A DNA stretch of 63,610 bases, counting the filler, from Perkinsus chesapeaki ATCC PRA-425 (lineage: Eukaryota; Protista; Perkinsozoa), in NCBI GenBank assembly GCA_013115145.1. It is 8 parts of 8 records of this genome, joined end to end, with 100 filler letters (N's around TTAATTAATTAA, not from the genome) between each part and the next. Parts side by side here need not be neighbours in the genome. Positions count along the whole stretch, not along the records: positions 1 to 7,954 come from JAAPAO010001004.1; positions 8,055 to 28,925 come from JAAPAO010000610.1; 6 more parts are not named here. One strand, 5' to 3'. The position numbers and the translations under genes were made by a program. The notes under the pieces were generated by a model. It was not told the origin of the DNA, did not search any database, and worked only from the letters and a program-made list of their open reading frames with translations. This document shows, in pieces, positions 1 to 8,876 of this stretch (position 1 is its first letter; each line of letters starts with the position of its first letter).

Positions 1-492
1 TCTGTCTTTCTACCCTTGAGCAATGAGGACTTGAGTTATGTTACTACTATACTCTCAGCTGCTAATGAATAGTCACTGCAGTCTCCTGGGTTGCTCGTGG
101 ACATGCCTATTCCGGAGCGGATACGATCTATGGTACCACCGGCCTTTCTGTTGAGATGCCGCATGCAGGCGGGAGGCGGTGGATGGGTAGACTGCTCGGT
201 GCTATTGGGCACTGGGTCAGGCCTTGATTTCATTGTATTATATCATGGTTTTGCTCCCTTTATGCCGGGGAGGAGGCCTGTAATGTCAGGGTAAGGTTGG
301 CCGATGGTTCAGCGTGTGCGGTGACTCGCTGGGTCTCGTGCAATATGCAGATCGCTTAAGGCGAAGAATGGGGCTTTCGTACGGCGACTCCATGTTATTC
401 CGGCCTATCGAAAGGTTCCATCGTGCGCACATGCGGAGACCGTATTTTTGATTGCTGGCCGATCGTTCCTCCGTGATTTCCATGTAACAGTC
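1..492 (+). mobile_element. Left part of an interrupted, degenerate LTR retrotransposon pol (aspartic protease region); target of the nested insertion
   Basis: Frameshifted translation gives WVDCSVLLGTGSGLDFI (degenerate LLD[ST]G), VRLADGS and LIAGRSFLRDFHVTV. Removing 493-7090 joins this in frame to VGGEGKVLIHGPVPEP at 7091. Confidence 0.75.
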
Positions 493-897
493 TGATGAGA
501 CTGAGGATAGTCTCATAGATGAGCAGATGCCTTCCCGTGTAGGGATGCGCATCTCGGTCGCTACTACTCTATCTACTGGTACTAGACGACCCCGGAGAAA
601 ATGGTGTAGCGGTAAAGTCTGTGCAGTGCGCAAGTCCGGCGCGCTGGATATCCTCTGGGACGGTATTGGTGAAACGGCTAGATATGAAACCGTATGTATC
701 GACGACGCTGACTATCGAGTGCTTTGGTGATTATTGATGACTGATGCCTTAGTGTCACTGTATATGAATCTATATAGTTTGATAATTCGCTGCTCTCGTT
801 TGTTTCAGCTCGTTGCATGCACTATACTCCGTAGCCATCTTGGCTCAAGATCTTAGTTGCGGTTGCGTTTTTATAGTCCCCCGACTGGGATCAAACA
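493..897 (+). repeat. 5' LTR (405 bp, long form)
   Basis: TGATGAGACT...GGGATCAAACA. Matches 6818-7087 except 3 substitutions and 135 bp (132+3) absent from the 3' copy. Confidence 0.92.
828..849 (+). promoter_or_regulatory. Perkinsus-type spliced leader (SL) sequence embedded in the 5' LTR
   Basis: TCCGTAGCCATCTTGGCTCAAG matches the 22-nt perkinsid SL NCCGTAGCCATCTTGGCTCAAG. It is followed by ATC, not a GT donor. Confidence 0.9.
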
Positions 898-2355
898 TGG
901 CGACACCTTCCGACGAACTCCGAGCGGCTCGAAGTGAACTCCGACAATCGAAGCGCTCACTCCGAGATGTACGAGAAAAGCTCAACAACATCATTGATGA
1001 CGACACCGATGAGACCACGCCATTATAAAACACCTCGAGGACGAAGAGGCTAGTCTACAAGACCGCATTCGTGAGCTTGAAGCTCGCATAGCTGAGCTTG
1101 AGACGTCAATTGACTCTGAGAGATCCGAACTCGCACGACAAGAAGGACAATCCCGAGTTATTCTACCAGCCATCTCAAGCGAAGGCAAACAAGAAGATAA
1201 AGAGGCTTTGACCGGCGGCTTCATCTCCGCTGCTGCTGAAGAGGACGACGATGACAACAAGATCAAAAAGGTCAATGAGCACGAACATGAGAGTATTTCT
1301 GAGATACCATCGACGTCGACTACAACCAGAATTGGCCAACTGGCAGCCGCTGATCTGAGTGCCCTCTCAGTTCCCACTCTACAAAGCCCATCGTGTATTG
1401 GTGCTCATTTGTCTCTCTTGGAACAGTTATTCCACGAGGCTGGTGCTGGCGTATTTGCTGCTGACAATTCATTTTTACCTCACGGACATCTCCGTATCTC
1501 CGTCTACAACAAGTTACTTGAGAGCTTAAAGCCGTGCACTCAGGTTTCAGAGGTGGTAAATGCAATTGCCCAAAACGCCAACTACCAATGGTCTACAATC
1601 AAGTCAGAGCTACAACAGGAGTTTGCTCGCAGAGACATACTCAAAGCCGAATATAATACCGTTATTCGGTCGATTTGCTTCTCTGCTCTTGCTTCGGTAG
1701 AGACGTTTCTGCGCAAGGCCCTTGCCGCCTTTCGCATGTATCGCAGTGTTTATGGAAATGACCGTTCCGAACTGCGAACTATGGTAAGGTCCTTGTCATG
1801 AAACTCCCCGAGAAGCTCAGGGTTGATGTTGTTCGGAGCCTACAGAACCACAACACCGGTAACAAAGATTGGGAGCTAAGCGTTCCATTCGACGATGCCA
1901 ATAACCGTCTATCTGTCATCTCTGTCATAAGGGCAAACTGTCGTACCTTTAGAGATGCTGCCATCAGTCTTGACGCACCCCAAGGACAATCATCTACTAA
2001 CCGACACCAGAGTTACCCCAAAGAACGTCACTCTCAGAGTGACAGGATATCTCAAGTGTCGGACGGCAAAAGCACCAAAACCGAGTCCTTATCAAAGTGG
2101 GCCGGTCGCTTCGGCGCTGTCTTTGTGGTTACCGGTCCTGGTGTGGTTGGCTCTCCAGAGAATCACGTTCAATACGACGATGCACGTCACTACCCTCGTA
2201 GGGACGGTAATGGTGTCATCTGGTTTCTGGCTTACAAGGACGAGGCTAATGGTGCCCAAGTTGTCAACGATCTCTCCAGCGACCAGTTTGAGACCAGGAG
2301 GTTTGAATTTCGAACCCGACGCCAATCCTTTAAATCGACATCGTCAAAAAACTGA
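897..2355 (+). pseudogene. gag: gag-like ORF (N-terminal coiled coil), broken by frameshift and stop
   Basis: MATPSDELRAARSELRQ... at 897 shifts into IIKHLEDEEASLQDRIRELEARIAELE, then ORFs 1208-1801 and 1798-2355. Position between PBS and protease. No clear CCHC knuckle seen. Confidence 0.65.
898..915 (+). promoter_or_regulatory. Putative primer-binding site
   Basis: TGGCGACACC... immediately after the LTR-terminal CA; TGG is complementary to a tRNA CCA end. Primer tRNA not identified. Confidence 0.65.
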
Positions 2356-2544
2356 GCAGGTCTGATGCCGAGGCTCGCGAAACGCCTCCGCATCATCAAG
2401 GCCTATCTACCCAAGTTTCGCAATCCGTCAGTCCTCAACCTCGTGAGGACAGTGTTTTTGCTCTTTCTTCGTCTGCCATTCCCCCAGAGATCGTTCTAAG
2501 TGGTGCACTCCGTTCGTTAGCATCTTTTTCTTGGGACTCCCCGG

Positions 2545-4112
2545 TCAACGTTCCCATTCTTGTGGACTCTGGGGCAGGAGGCAATTATTTACTCGTTTGT
2601 AACACCGATACTGACTCTCTTCTCCGTGACTCAGGTGCTCTATTCACCCCGTCAAAGGGCATCTCTCCCGTTCAGTCAGTCTCGCTTGCAGATGGATCCC
2701 GTCGTACCATCTCCAAGTCCGTCGATGTCACCATCGGTGTCTACCCGGTCAGCTGCAATGATCCCGGTTCTATCGTCGGCCAACGTACGGTGACTCTCAG
2801 TGTACTCCCCGTTTCACCATGCCCTTTCATCCGTCCCAGCTCTTGGTGTGTACTCGCAGGTCGCTGCTTATTGGCTCTATGGGATCTTGCTACCAAAGGT
2901 TCTTCTATCGCCATCATCGATGGCACATGTGTCTTCCACTCCGATACCGACACAGAGGACACTGCTGCCATCTCTCACTGTGAATGCTTGGCGATTTGTC
3001 ATGATTATGACAGGCCAGATCTATCTTCCATTGGCGTTGAAGTTCAACCGACTTGTGACACAATATCCGGTCCTATTCAGGTCATTCCCCCCGACAATAT
3101 CGTCAACCGTGTCGAGGAACTACTGGATCGTTTCTGTGCTCAAGGCTGGCGTCCTCTGGTTCGATGTCCTAGCGAAGATCTCCGTGTTATGCTCCGCCGT
3201 CTGCTGCCAGATGAACTCCGTGACACCCCAAGCCAGAAGTACTGCTTCACTGTCGACTTGTCAGCCTTCGACAAGTCAAAGACGGACCGTTGTCGAAGCT
3301 ATGCTCGAGGGATGTACAACCGGCTACAAGCAGCAGACAAGGATGCATATACTGCCGACGACGCTCACCTAAAGGCCATTACTGATCTCTCGCCGCCTAT
3401 TCCCGTATTTATGATCGGCGGCTCGTCGAAGTCTTCATCAACCGTCAAGAAGCACCGTTTGGTTCTCGACTGTAGGTCCATTAACAAACGACTACCGTCG
3501 AGCAGTAGCGAGAACCCCAGCGGCCACCTCATCCTCAACTCTATCCGTTGGACATCTCCCGTAGCAGTGTCCAGTGTAGATGCGCAGCAGGCCTTTTATC
3601 GGCTCTGTGTCTGCGGTCTCACGCTGTTGCTGATGAGCGCGCTAGGCTCCTACATCAGTTGGCACATTTGCTTTTGTCTCTCCCCCGGTACTTCATCGCT
3701 CCAATCATCGTTGGGAGCTCTATTTTTTCTGGTGACTTGTCTTTATAGAGCCGGTTTCTGGAGCTTGTATGTCGATGATGGCATACTGGCTGGTGCCGTG
3801 CAGGCTCTTATATACAACTTGACGATCCTCATCTACTGTATGCTGCTATGTGGCTTCGCAGTACAGCCAACCAAGTTTGCATGCACCTGCGAACCATCAC
3901 GTACCGAGGAACTCCGTCAAGCTCTGGTTCCGTTTGGTGTCGAACCGTCTGACTCGCTCTCTCTTCTGCGCACAACTATCGGTTACACGCCTGGCACACT
4001 TGTACTCCGTTGTTGCAGAGAGAACCGTTTGGATCGAGTCTACAATTCGCCTGCTCCGACACCTCTCACGAGATTTCTAAAGCTTCAGCGTTTTCATACG
4101 CTGGCGCCTTAG
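2545..4112 (+). pseudogene. pol: pol: aspartic protease + reverse transcriptase
   Basis: VPILVDSGAGGN (PR active site), KKHRLVLDCRSIN, SVDAQQAFYRL, LYVDDGILAG. Confidence 0.88.
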
Positions 4113-5514
4113 CCTACGATGTTGCTCGTGTGCACCCTGAGTGCCGGTGCTGTTCTGATGGTTTCCGGTCACTCATCGGTCGCTGCCTAGCCCAACAAGG
4201 ATGGAATACTGTCGTTAACCTCTGTTCTTTTTTATCCCCTCTTCAGTTGGCAGCATATGATTTCTTCATCAAATGGATGCAGCAACTTTCTACCGCGTCC
4301 ATCGCTGACTGCTCCCATGCCACGGCGTGCGCTTCCGACGAGGCCTTGCCTAACCTCACGCTCGTTACCGATGCCTCTCGTTCTGGTGGCGGCTTCTTGG
4401 TGCTACGTGGCTCAGTGGAGGGCGGGAGCGAGAATGATCTCGCAGGACTACCGATGCTTTGCGGTGATGATTTCCGACGGAATAAAACCCAGAGGAACTA
4501 CCACTCCAATCGTCGGGAGTTACTTGCGCTAGTAGTCGGACTCCGCGCATGCGCAGATCTAGTCAACCACTACTTCGATAACTCCAAGGAATCTTCCGCT
4601 AATACCCCCCGCAGAAGACCCAAGGTTTGCGTGCTGTCCGATAATAAGGCTGTCATCCACTGGTCCCGAGAAGATGCCCCTGCCTTGTTTAACAGTGGTC
4701 AAGCTTTGGAAAAGAGAGCACTCACTCGTCTAGTCCTAGTGGCTATGGATGAGCTGAAGGCTCTGAAGCGTCACGCAGACGTCGAGGTGAGACACGTTAA
4801 GGGTTGTCGCAATGTCCGTGCTGATGAGCTCTCCAGATTATTCGATAATGTGATAGCTCCTGGGATCTCTTTAAGTGATATTTTATGTGATGACCTTCCA
4901 GATTCAAAACCCATTTGGCCTGAGGAATCTGATGACGATATCCGATTCCTGTTCACCGACGAGTCTGATGATGCGTCGGAGGCTGATTGCTATGAATCAT
5001 AGCCTATGATCCTTACGCCAGAGATCGCCTTCTCCTGTTCCGACATTGCGAGCCCGACTCTGGTGACGTCTCACTCGATCTGCGTACTGATTATGTCCGT
5101 GTGCTGGCTACCGACCCTCCCCAGACTTCTCCGTGCTTGGTGGAACGCATTGCTCGTGGTTGTTATGACTATTCGACTGTTTTGGACCGTATCCGTGGTA
5201 TGCGGTTCGTTATTCGTCTACTACGTAACAATGCGTCTGGGGCGGATTTACGAAATGTGGAGTATGCAGCCATCAACGGTGACGCTGACAAGAAGGCCTT
5301 GGTATACTCTGCTCAGCTACATGACGACTTTTGCACTACTACCCGATCGGCGCCGCAGTCCTGTGGTCCATATGTACTTTCTCGTGATGATAGTTCAGAT
5401 ATGCCCTTGGTGTTGTTCCGGTCTGGTAGCCCGTTTGGTACCGAAGTCTTTCAGTATGTTTTGCCTAAGACTGTGGCCAGGCTGAGCCTGGCAGGCTCCG
5501 TGAGAAGGTTCTGA
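4010..5514 (+). pseudogene. pol: pol: RNase H and RH-IN linker (frameshifted pieces)
   Basis: LVTDASRSGGG, NYHSNRRELLALVVGL, VLSDNKAV, HVKGCRNVRADELSR; linker YDYSTVLDRIRGMRFVIRLL. Confidence 0.85.
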
Positions 5515-5546
5515 AAGATGCCCATTCGCGAACGGAACACCAAACG

Positions 5547-6920
5547 GTGAGGCCGACATTAGCAGCTGTGGTAGACTACCATCTGCCTGGAGGCACACGT
5601 CAATGCCGCGATCTGCTGAGTACATGTATTATCTTTGCCGAAGGCAAAGAGGACCACTGGTCCTCTTTGCCTTCGGTGCGTAGCGATGCTGCGGCTCTTG
5701 CCCATTTGCCACCTTATTGGCATGTGGCCGTAGACTTTCTTGCTGTCGGCGACCACGTTAAGCTGTTCAGTGCCGTTTGCATGTTCACTCGTCATATTAC
5801 TTTGTTTAGGGCCAGATCCGAAACTAGTGCCGAAGCAGTCCGTTTGCTCAGGCTGTTGAAGGTTAAGACTGGCGCCGTCCGAATTGTGACTTGTGATCGT
5901 GCAGCCTACTTCAGGTCGTCTGAAGGCTTTCTGCGTCGAGTCGAGACCGAGATTGGTGCGGAAGTTCGGTTGGCTTCTAGCAGAGCTCCTTGGGGGATCT
6001 GTTCTGAGTCGCACCATGCTATTATTCTCGACCGGCTCCGTTGTATGCTTCGTCATTCTTCTGGGAAGTGGCCCTCTGACCGTGATGAGGAAGACTTCCT
6101 ATTAGAGCGTTTGATGTCAATCGTCATTGCTCGCCCGTTGGGTAACTTTCTGATAAGCCAAGGTTCCGCTGAGATTGTTACCCCTGATAGTCTCTATTTC
6201 GGTAGGACTAGGGATGCTGGCAGCTGCCTCATAGGTACACAGCCTACCTCCACTAGTCACCAGCACTTGATGCCCAATAGACTGAAGGTCTTCCGTAACG
6301 TATTCCTTGACTTCGTTTGGTCCGAGCTCAAAAAGCAGTCTCTCAGTGCTATTGCATCTAAGTGCAGAGGGAAGCAAACTACTGTGGTTGGTTTCTATCC
6401 TGGTGATGCAGTACTTGTATCGATGAGTGGTCGCAAATGTGGTATGTCATTCCGCATGGGACATGTGGTGAAGGTGCTGTCTCCTCGTCGAGTCCAAGTG
6501 AGATTTCCCGGCGGGCTCCTAACCCATGAGAATGCCTACAATTTGGTTGTACTTCGTCCCTTTCCGCGGCTTGATCCTGACATTCCTACAGTATCTCGTG
6601 AAGGTCAGCGTCTGCGCATATCGGGTGCTGACGGTCGGTGGGGTGAAGGGCTTGTTACCTTTGATCCCTGCGATCCAACTAACGATAAATTGTGGATCCA
6701 GTTTGATAACGGCGATGCTCCCGAGTTCCTGTCTCTCTCTATGCAACAGTGGGATTCTGTTGAGAAGGGTAACTACGAGGCCAAAGATTGTGCTCGTGAG
6801 TCCTCGCATGGGGGGCGTGATGAGACTGAGGATAGTCTCATAGATGAGCAGATGCCTTCCCGTGTAAGGATGCGCATCTCGGTCGCTACTATCGACGCTG
6901 ACTATCGAGTGCTTTGGTGA
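5547..6920 (+). CDS. pol: pol: DDE integrase with BEL/Pao-type C-terminal region and Tudor-like tail; ORF runs into the 3' LTR
   Basis: HVAVDFLAV, IVTCDRAAYF, RAPWGICSE, IVIARPLG, IVTPDSLYFGR, FYPGDAVLV...GHVVKVL; tail GQRLRI...WGEGLVT...IQFDNGD..E.LSL. Stop TGA at 6918-6920 is inside the LTR. Confidence 0.88.
   Translation: MRPTLAAVVDYHLPGGTRQCRDLLSTCIIFAEGKEDHWSSLPSVRSDAAALAHLPPYWHVAVDFLAVGDHVKLFSAVCMFTRHITLFRARSETSAEAVRLLRLLKVKTGAVRIVTCDRAAYFRSSEGFLRRVETEIGAEVRLASSRAPWGICSESHHAIILDRLRCMLRHSSGKWPSDRDEEDFLLERLMSIVIARPLGNFLISQGSAEIVTPDSLYFGRTRDAGSCLIGTQPTSTSHQHLMPNRLKVFRNVFLDFVWSELKKQSLSAIASKCRGKQTTVVGFYPGDAVLVSMSGRKCGMSFRMGHVVKVLSPRRVQVRFPGGLLTHENAYNLVVLRPFPRLDPDIPTVSREGQRLRISGADGRWGEGLVTFDPCDPTNDKLWIQFDNGDAPEFLSLSMQQWDSVEKGNYEAKDCARESSHGGRDETEDSLIDEQMPSRVRMRISVATIDADYRVLW
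6808..6817 (+). promoter_or_regulatory. Short polypurine tract
   Basis: ATGGGGGGCG directly 5' of the 3' LTR TG. Confidence 0.6.
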
Positions 6921-7087
6921 TTATTAATGACTGATGCCTTAGTGTCACTGTATATGAATCTATATAGTTTGATAATTCGCTGCTCTCGTTTGTTTCAGCT
7001 CGTTGTATGCACTATACTCCGTAGCCATCTTGGCTCAAGATCTTAGTTGCGGTTGCGTTTTTATAGTCCCCCGACTGGGATCAAACA
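6818..7087 (+). repeat. 3' LTR (270 bp, internally deleted form)
   Basis: Direct repeat of 493-897 lacking the equivalents of 566-697 and one GAC. Confidence 0.92.
7018..7039 (+). promoter_or_regulatory. Perkinsus-type spliced leader sequence embedded in the 3' LTR
   Basis: Identical 22-mer TCCGTAGCCATCTTGGCTCAAG. Confidence 0.9.
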
Positions 7088-7090
7088 GTC

Positions 7091-7672
7091 GTTGGAGGAG
7101 AAGGCAAGGTCCTTATTCATGGCCCTGTGCCTGAACCGCCTGACGGACACTCTTTGTGCCTGATATCTGCGGTAGGCTCTGGCGGTAAAGCCTCTGAGAC
7201 GAGTCTCTTCGCTTTGGAAGATGCTGATGATCTCTCCCCAACCGGCAATGACAAGTTGCTCCTGGACGCAGTTCCTAGCGACCAGGAGGTTATCTATATT
7301 CAGTTTTCTTCACCTCCTGCATTGTGCGACGACTTGCTTCGCACCTTAACCGGAAGGTCGTGGGTTCCGATGAGATATTGCCCGCATTGGTTGGCTCGCT
7401 TGAGGGCATTGGAGCGGGATGAGCCGCGAGATGACCCGGAGCAGAGATATGTCTTCGAGCTCACGTCCGATAACCTTGCCGAGAAGCGCCCCCTGTCACT
7501 CCCAGACTCAGCGATCCGGTTCTCAAAGACGGCTTATGAGCGGCTCGACGCTACTCAGCAGAAAGCATTTGATGACATCGTCAAAGACTACGAGGATCGC
7601 GGGTGGTGGGTACCGACGGATGAGGGAAGGCTCCGAGCTACCGCTGAGCGCGTGCTCGATCCAGCTGTTGAT
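7091..7672 (+). mobile_element. Right part of the host LTR element pol (PR-RT linker to RT N-terminus), truncated by the GTACAC element
   Basis: RFSKTAYERLDATQQKAFDDIVKDYEDRGWWVP resembles the pre-RT segment of the other two elements (e.g. RLRKQGLYEVYDNEIQNFLRSGYI). Confidence 0.7.
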
Positions 7673-7954
7673 GATTGGTACACATAAACTACGTACACAT
7701 GAAACTCGTACACGGAATTTTTGACTTTTAGCTGGTACACCAAATTCCCGTACACTCAAATCTCTGTCGACAAAATGTGATACACCTAAAATAGGTTCAG
7801 GGCCAAGTAGTACACAAAAACTCCGTTCATATCAGTGTCGTACACTAAGATTTGGTTCAGTGTGATTTCGTACTCCTCGAACTCGTACACCCGAATCGGG
7901 TGTACGAGTTCGAGGAGTACGAAATCACATCGGGTGACCCGATGGCTCGTACAC
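7673..7954 (-). mobile_element. One arm of a GTACAC-repeat foldback/MITE-like element, cut by the contig end
   Basis: Begins GATTGGTACACATAAA; near-identical reverse complement of 13781-14014; at least 8 GTACAC motifs. Confidence 0.8.
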
Positions 7955-8054
7955 NNNNNNNNNNNNNNNNNNNNNNNNNNNNNNNNNNNNNNNNNNNNTT
8001 AATTAATTAANNNNNNNNNNNNNNNNNNNNNNNNNNNNNNNNNNNNNNNNNNNN
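7955..8054. other. Artificial contig linker (N44-TTAATTAATTAA-N44)
   Basis: N runs around a six-frame stop 12-mer. Confidence 0.97.
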
Positions 8055-8599
8055 CCCCCTTCGACGGTTCCCATAGCCTTAGCCCTCTTTGAGGCTTTAG
8101 ATACATCAATATCATCAGATATAAACTCATGCGACGCCGTTGATGATGGAATCTCGTATCTAGCTTTCTTGTCATCTTGAAGATTTCTTAACTCATGAAT
8201 TTTGCCGGATGAAGACCCTGCACCAGAGGCTCCACCGGATCCACCACCAGATGCTCCACCAGTACCAGTGCTAACACCACCTTGATAACCAGACCCAGAT
8301 ACTTGAACATCACCAGATCCAGAACTAATGCCCATAACAGTACCAGCACCGCTTTGATAACCAGAACCAGGTACTTGACCATTACCAGTACCCGAACTAA
8401 CAGCAGCCTCAGATATAACCTGCTTAATCTCCTTCAAAGCCATCGCCAATGCATCGACCTTCACTTCGATCTTCCGTACTTCTTCAATATCATGTTTCAA
8501 CTGCCAGGCCCACAGAGGAGGTTCACCAGTCATAACAATGTCATCATTTTCCTTAGTCTCAACCTTCTTTAAAGACTTATCTTTGTCGGAGGAACCCAT
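8055..8599 (-). CDS. Probable gag N-terminus of another LTR element (coiled coil + Gly/Ser-rich tract), cut by the gap
   Basis: Intronless ORF MGSSDKDKSLKK... with GSG repeats. Upstream CGGTTGCGTTTATA motif is shared with the LTR at 860-875. No diagnostic domain seen. Confidence 0.45.
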
Positions 8600-8876
8600 A
8601 GATTATCGTTGGTCTCAAATTCTTCTCGGATGATTGTACAGAATTCAGGTTCTTATAAACGCAACCGTTCTCACAAGATAAGTCGATAGTAGATGTGTCA
8701 AGGTAACAGTGAACCACTAACAATGTCTTGCTACAACTTCAACTTTCTCAATTAAATTATCAATACTACTAGCCTCACAGCGTGACACAATAAACTGTCT
8801 TCACAGTTGCACGCATGCACAAACATTGTCTCCCTTTTTGAAGAAAAAGTAAATACACAGAACAGCTTAGCAGAAA

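Larger units (their letters stand above)
493..7087 (+). mobile_element. Full-length LTR retrotransposon, order gag-PR-RT-RH-IN, BEL/Pao-like; coding region disrupted
   Basis: Direct terminal repeats TG...CA (493-897, 6818-7087), TGG-starting PBS, G-rich tract before the 3' LTR, AACAGTC on both flanks, and recognisable PR, RT, RNase H and integrase motifs in that order. Confidence 0.93.

Noticed and set aside
828-900. SL RNA gene
   Set aside because: The 22-mer is followed by ATC rather than the GT donor needed for trans-splicing, and it lies within an LTR, so it is not a donor gene.
991-1377. Long antisense ORFs over retroelement genes (e.g. 991-1377, 5559-6056, 15871-16449)
   Set aside because: They shadow motif-bearing ORFs on the opposite strand and show no motifs of their own.
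2615-2650. LLRDSGALF as the protease active site
   Set aside because: The better-formed ILVDSGAGGN lies just upstream (~2555-2585); the second DSG lacks the hydrophobic context.
4010-5560. Programmed ribosomal frameshifting between pol segments
   Set aside because: Breaks fall inside domains, with no consistent slippery heptamer plus structure seen; simple decay or sequence error is more economical.
7673-7954. GTACAC arrays as AP2-G-type transcription-factor sites
   Set aside because: Resemblance to an apicomplexan GTAC motif is only a 4-6 bp match; the mirror arrangement at element ends is better explained as transposase-binding repeats.
7999-8010. Recurrent TTAATTAATTAA motif and ORFs ending or starting in X...LIN
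   Set aside because: Artificial six-frame stop linker centred in fixed N runs; ORFs crossing it are artefacts.
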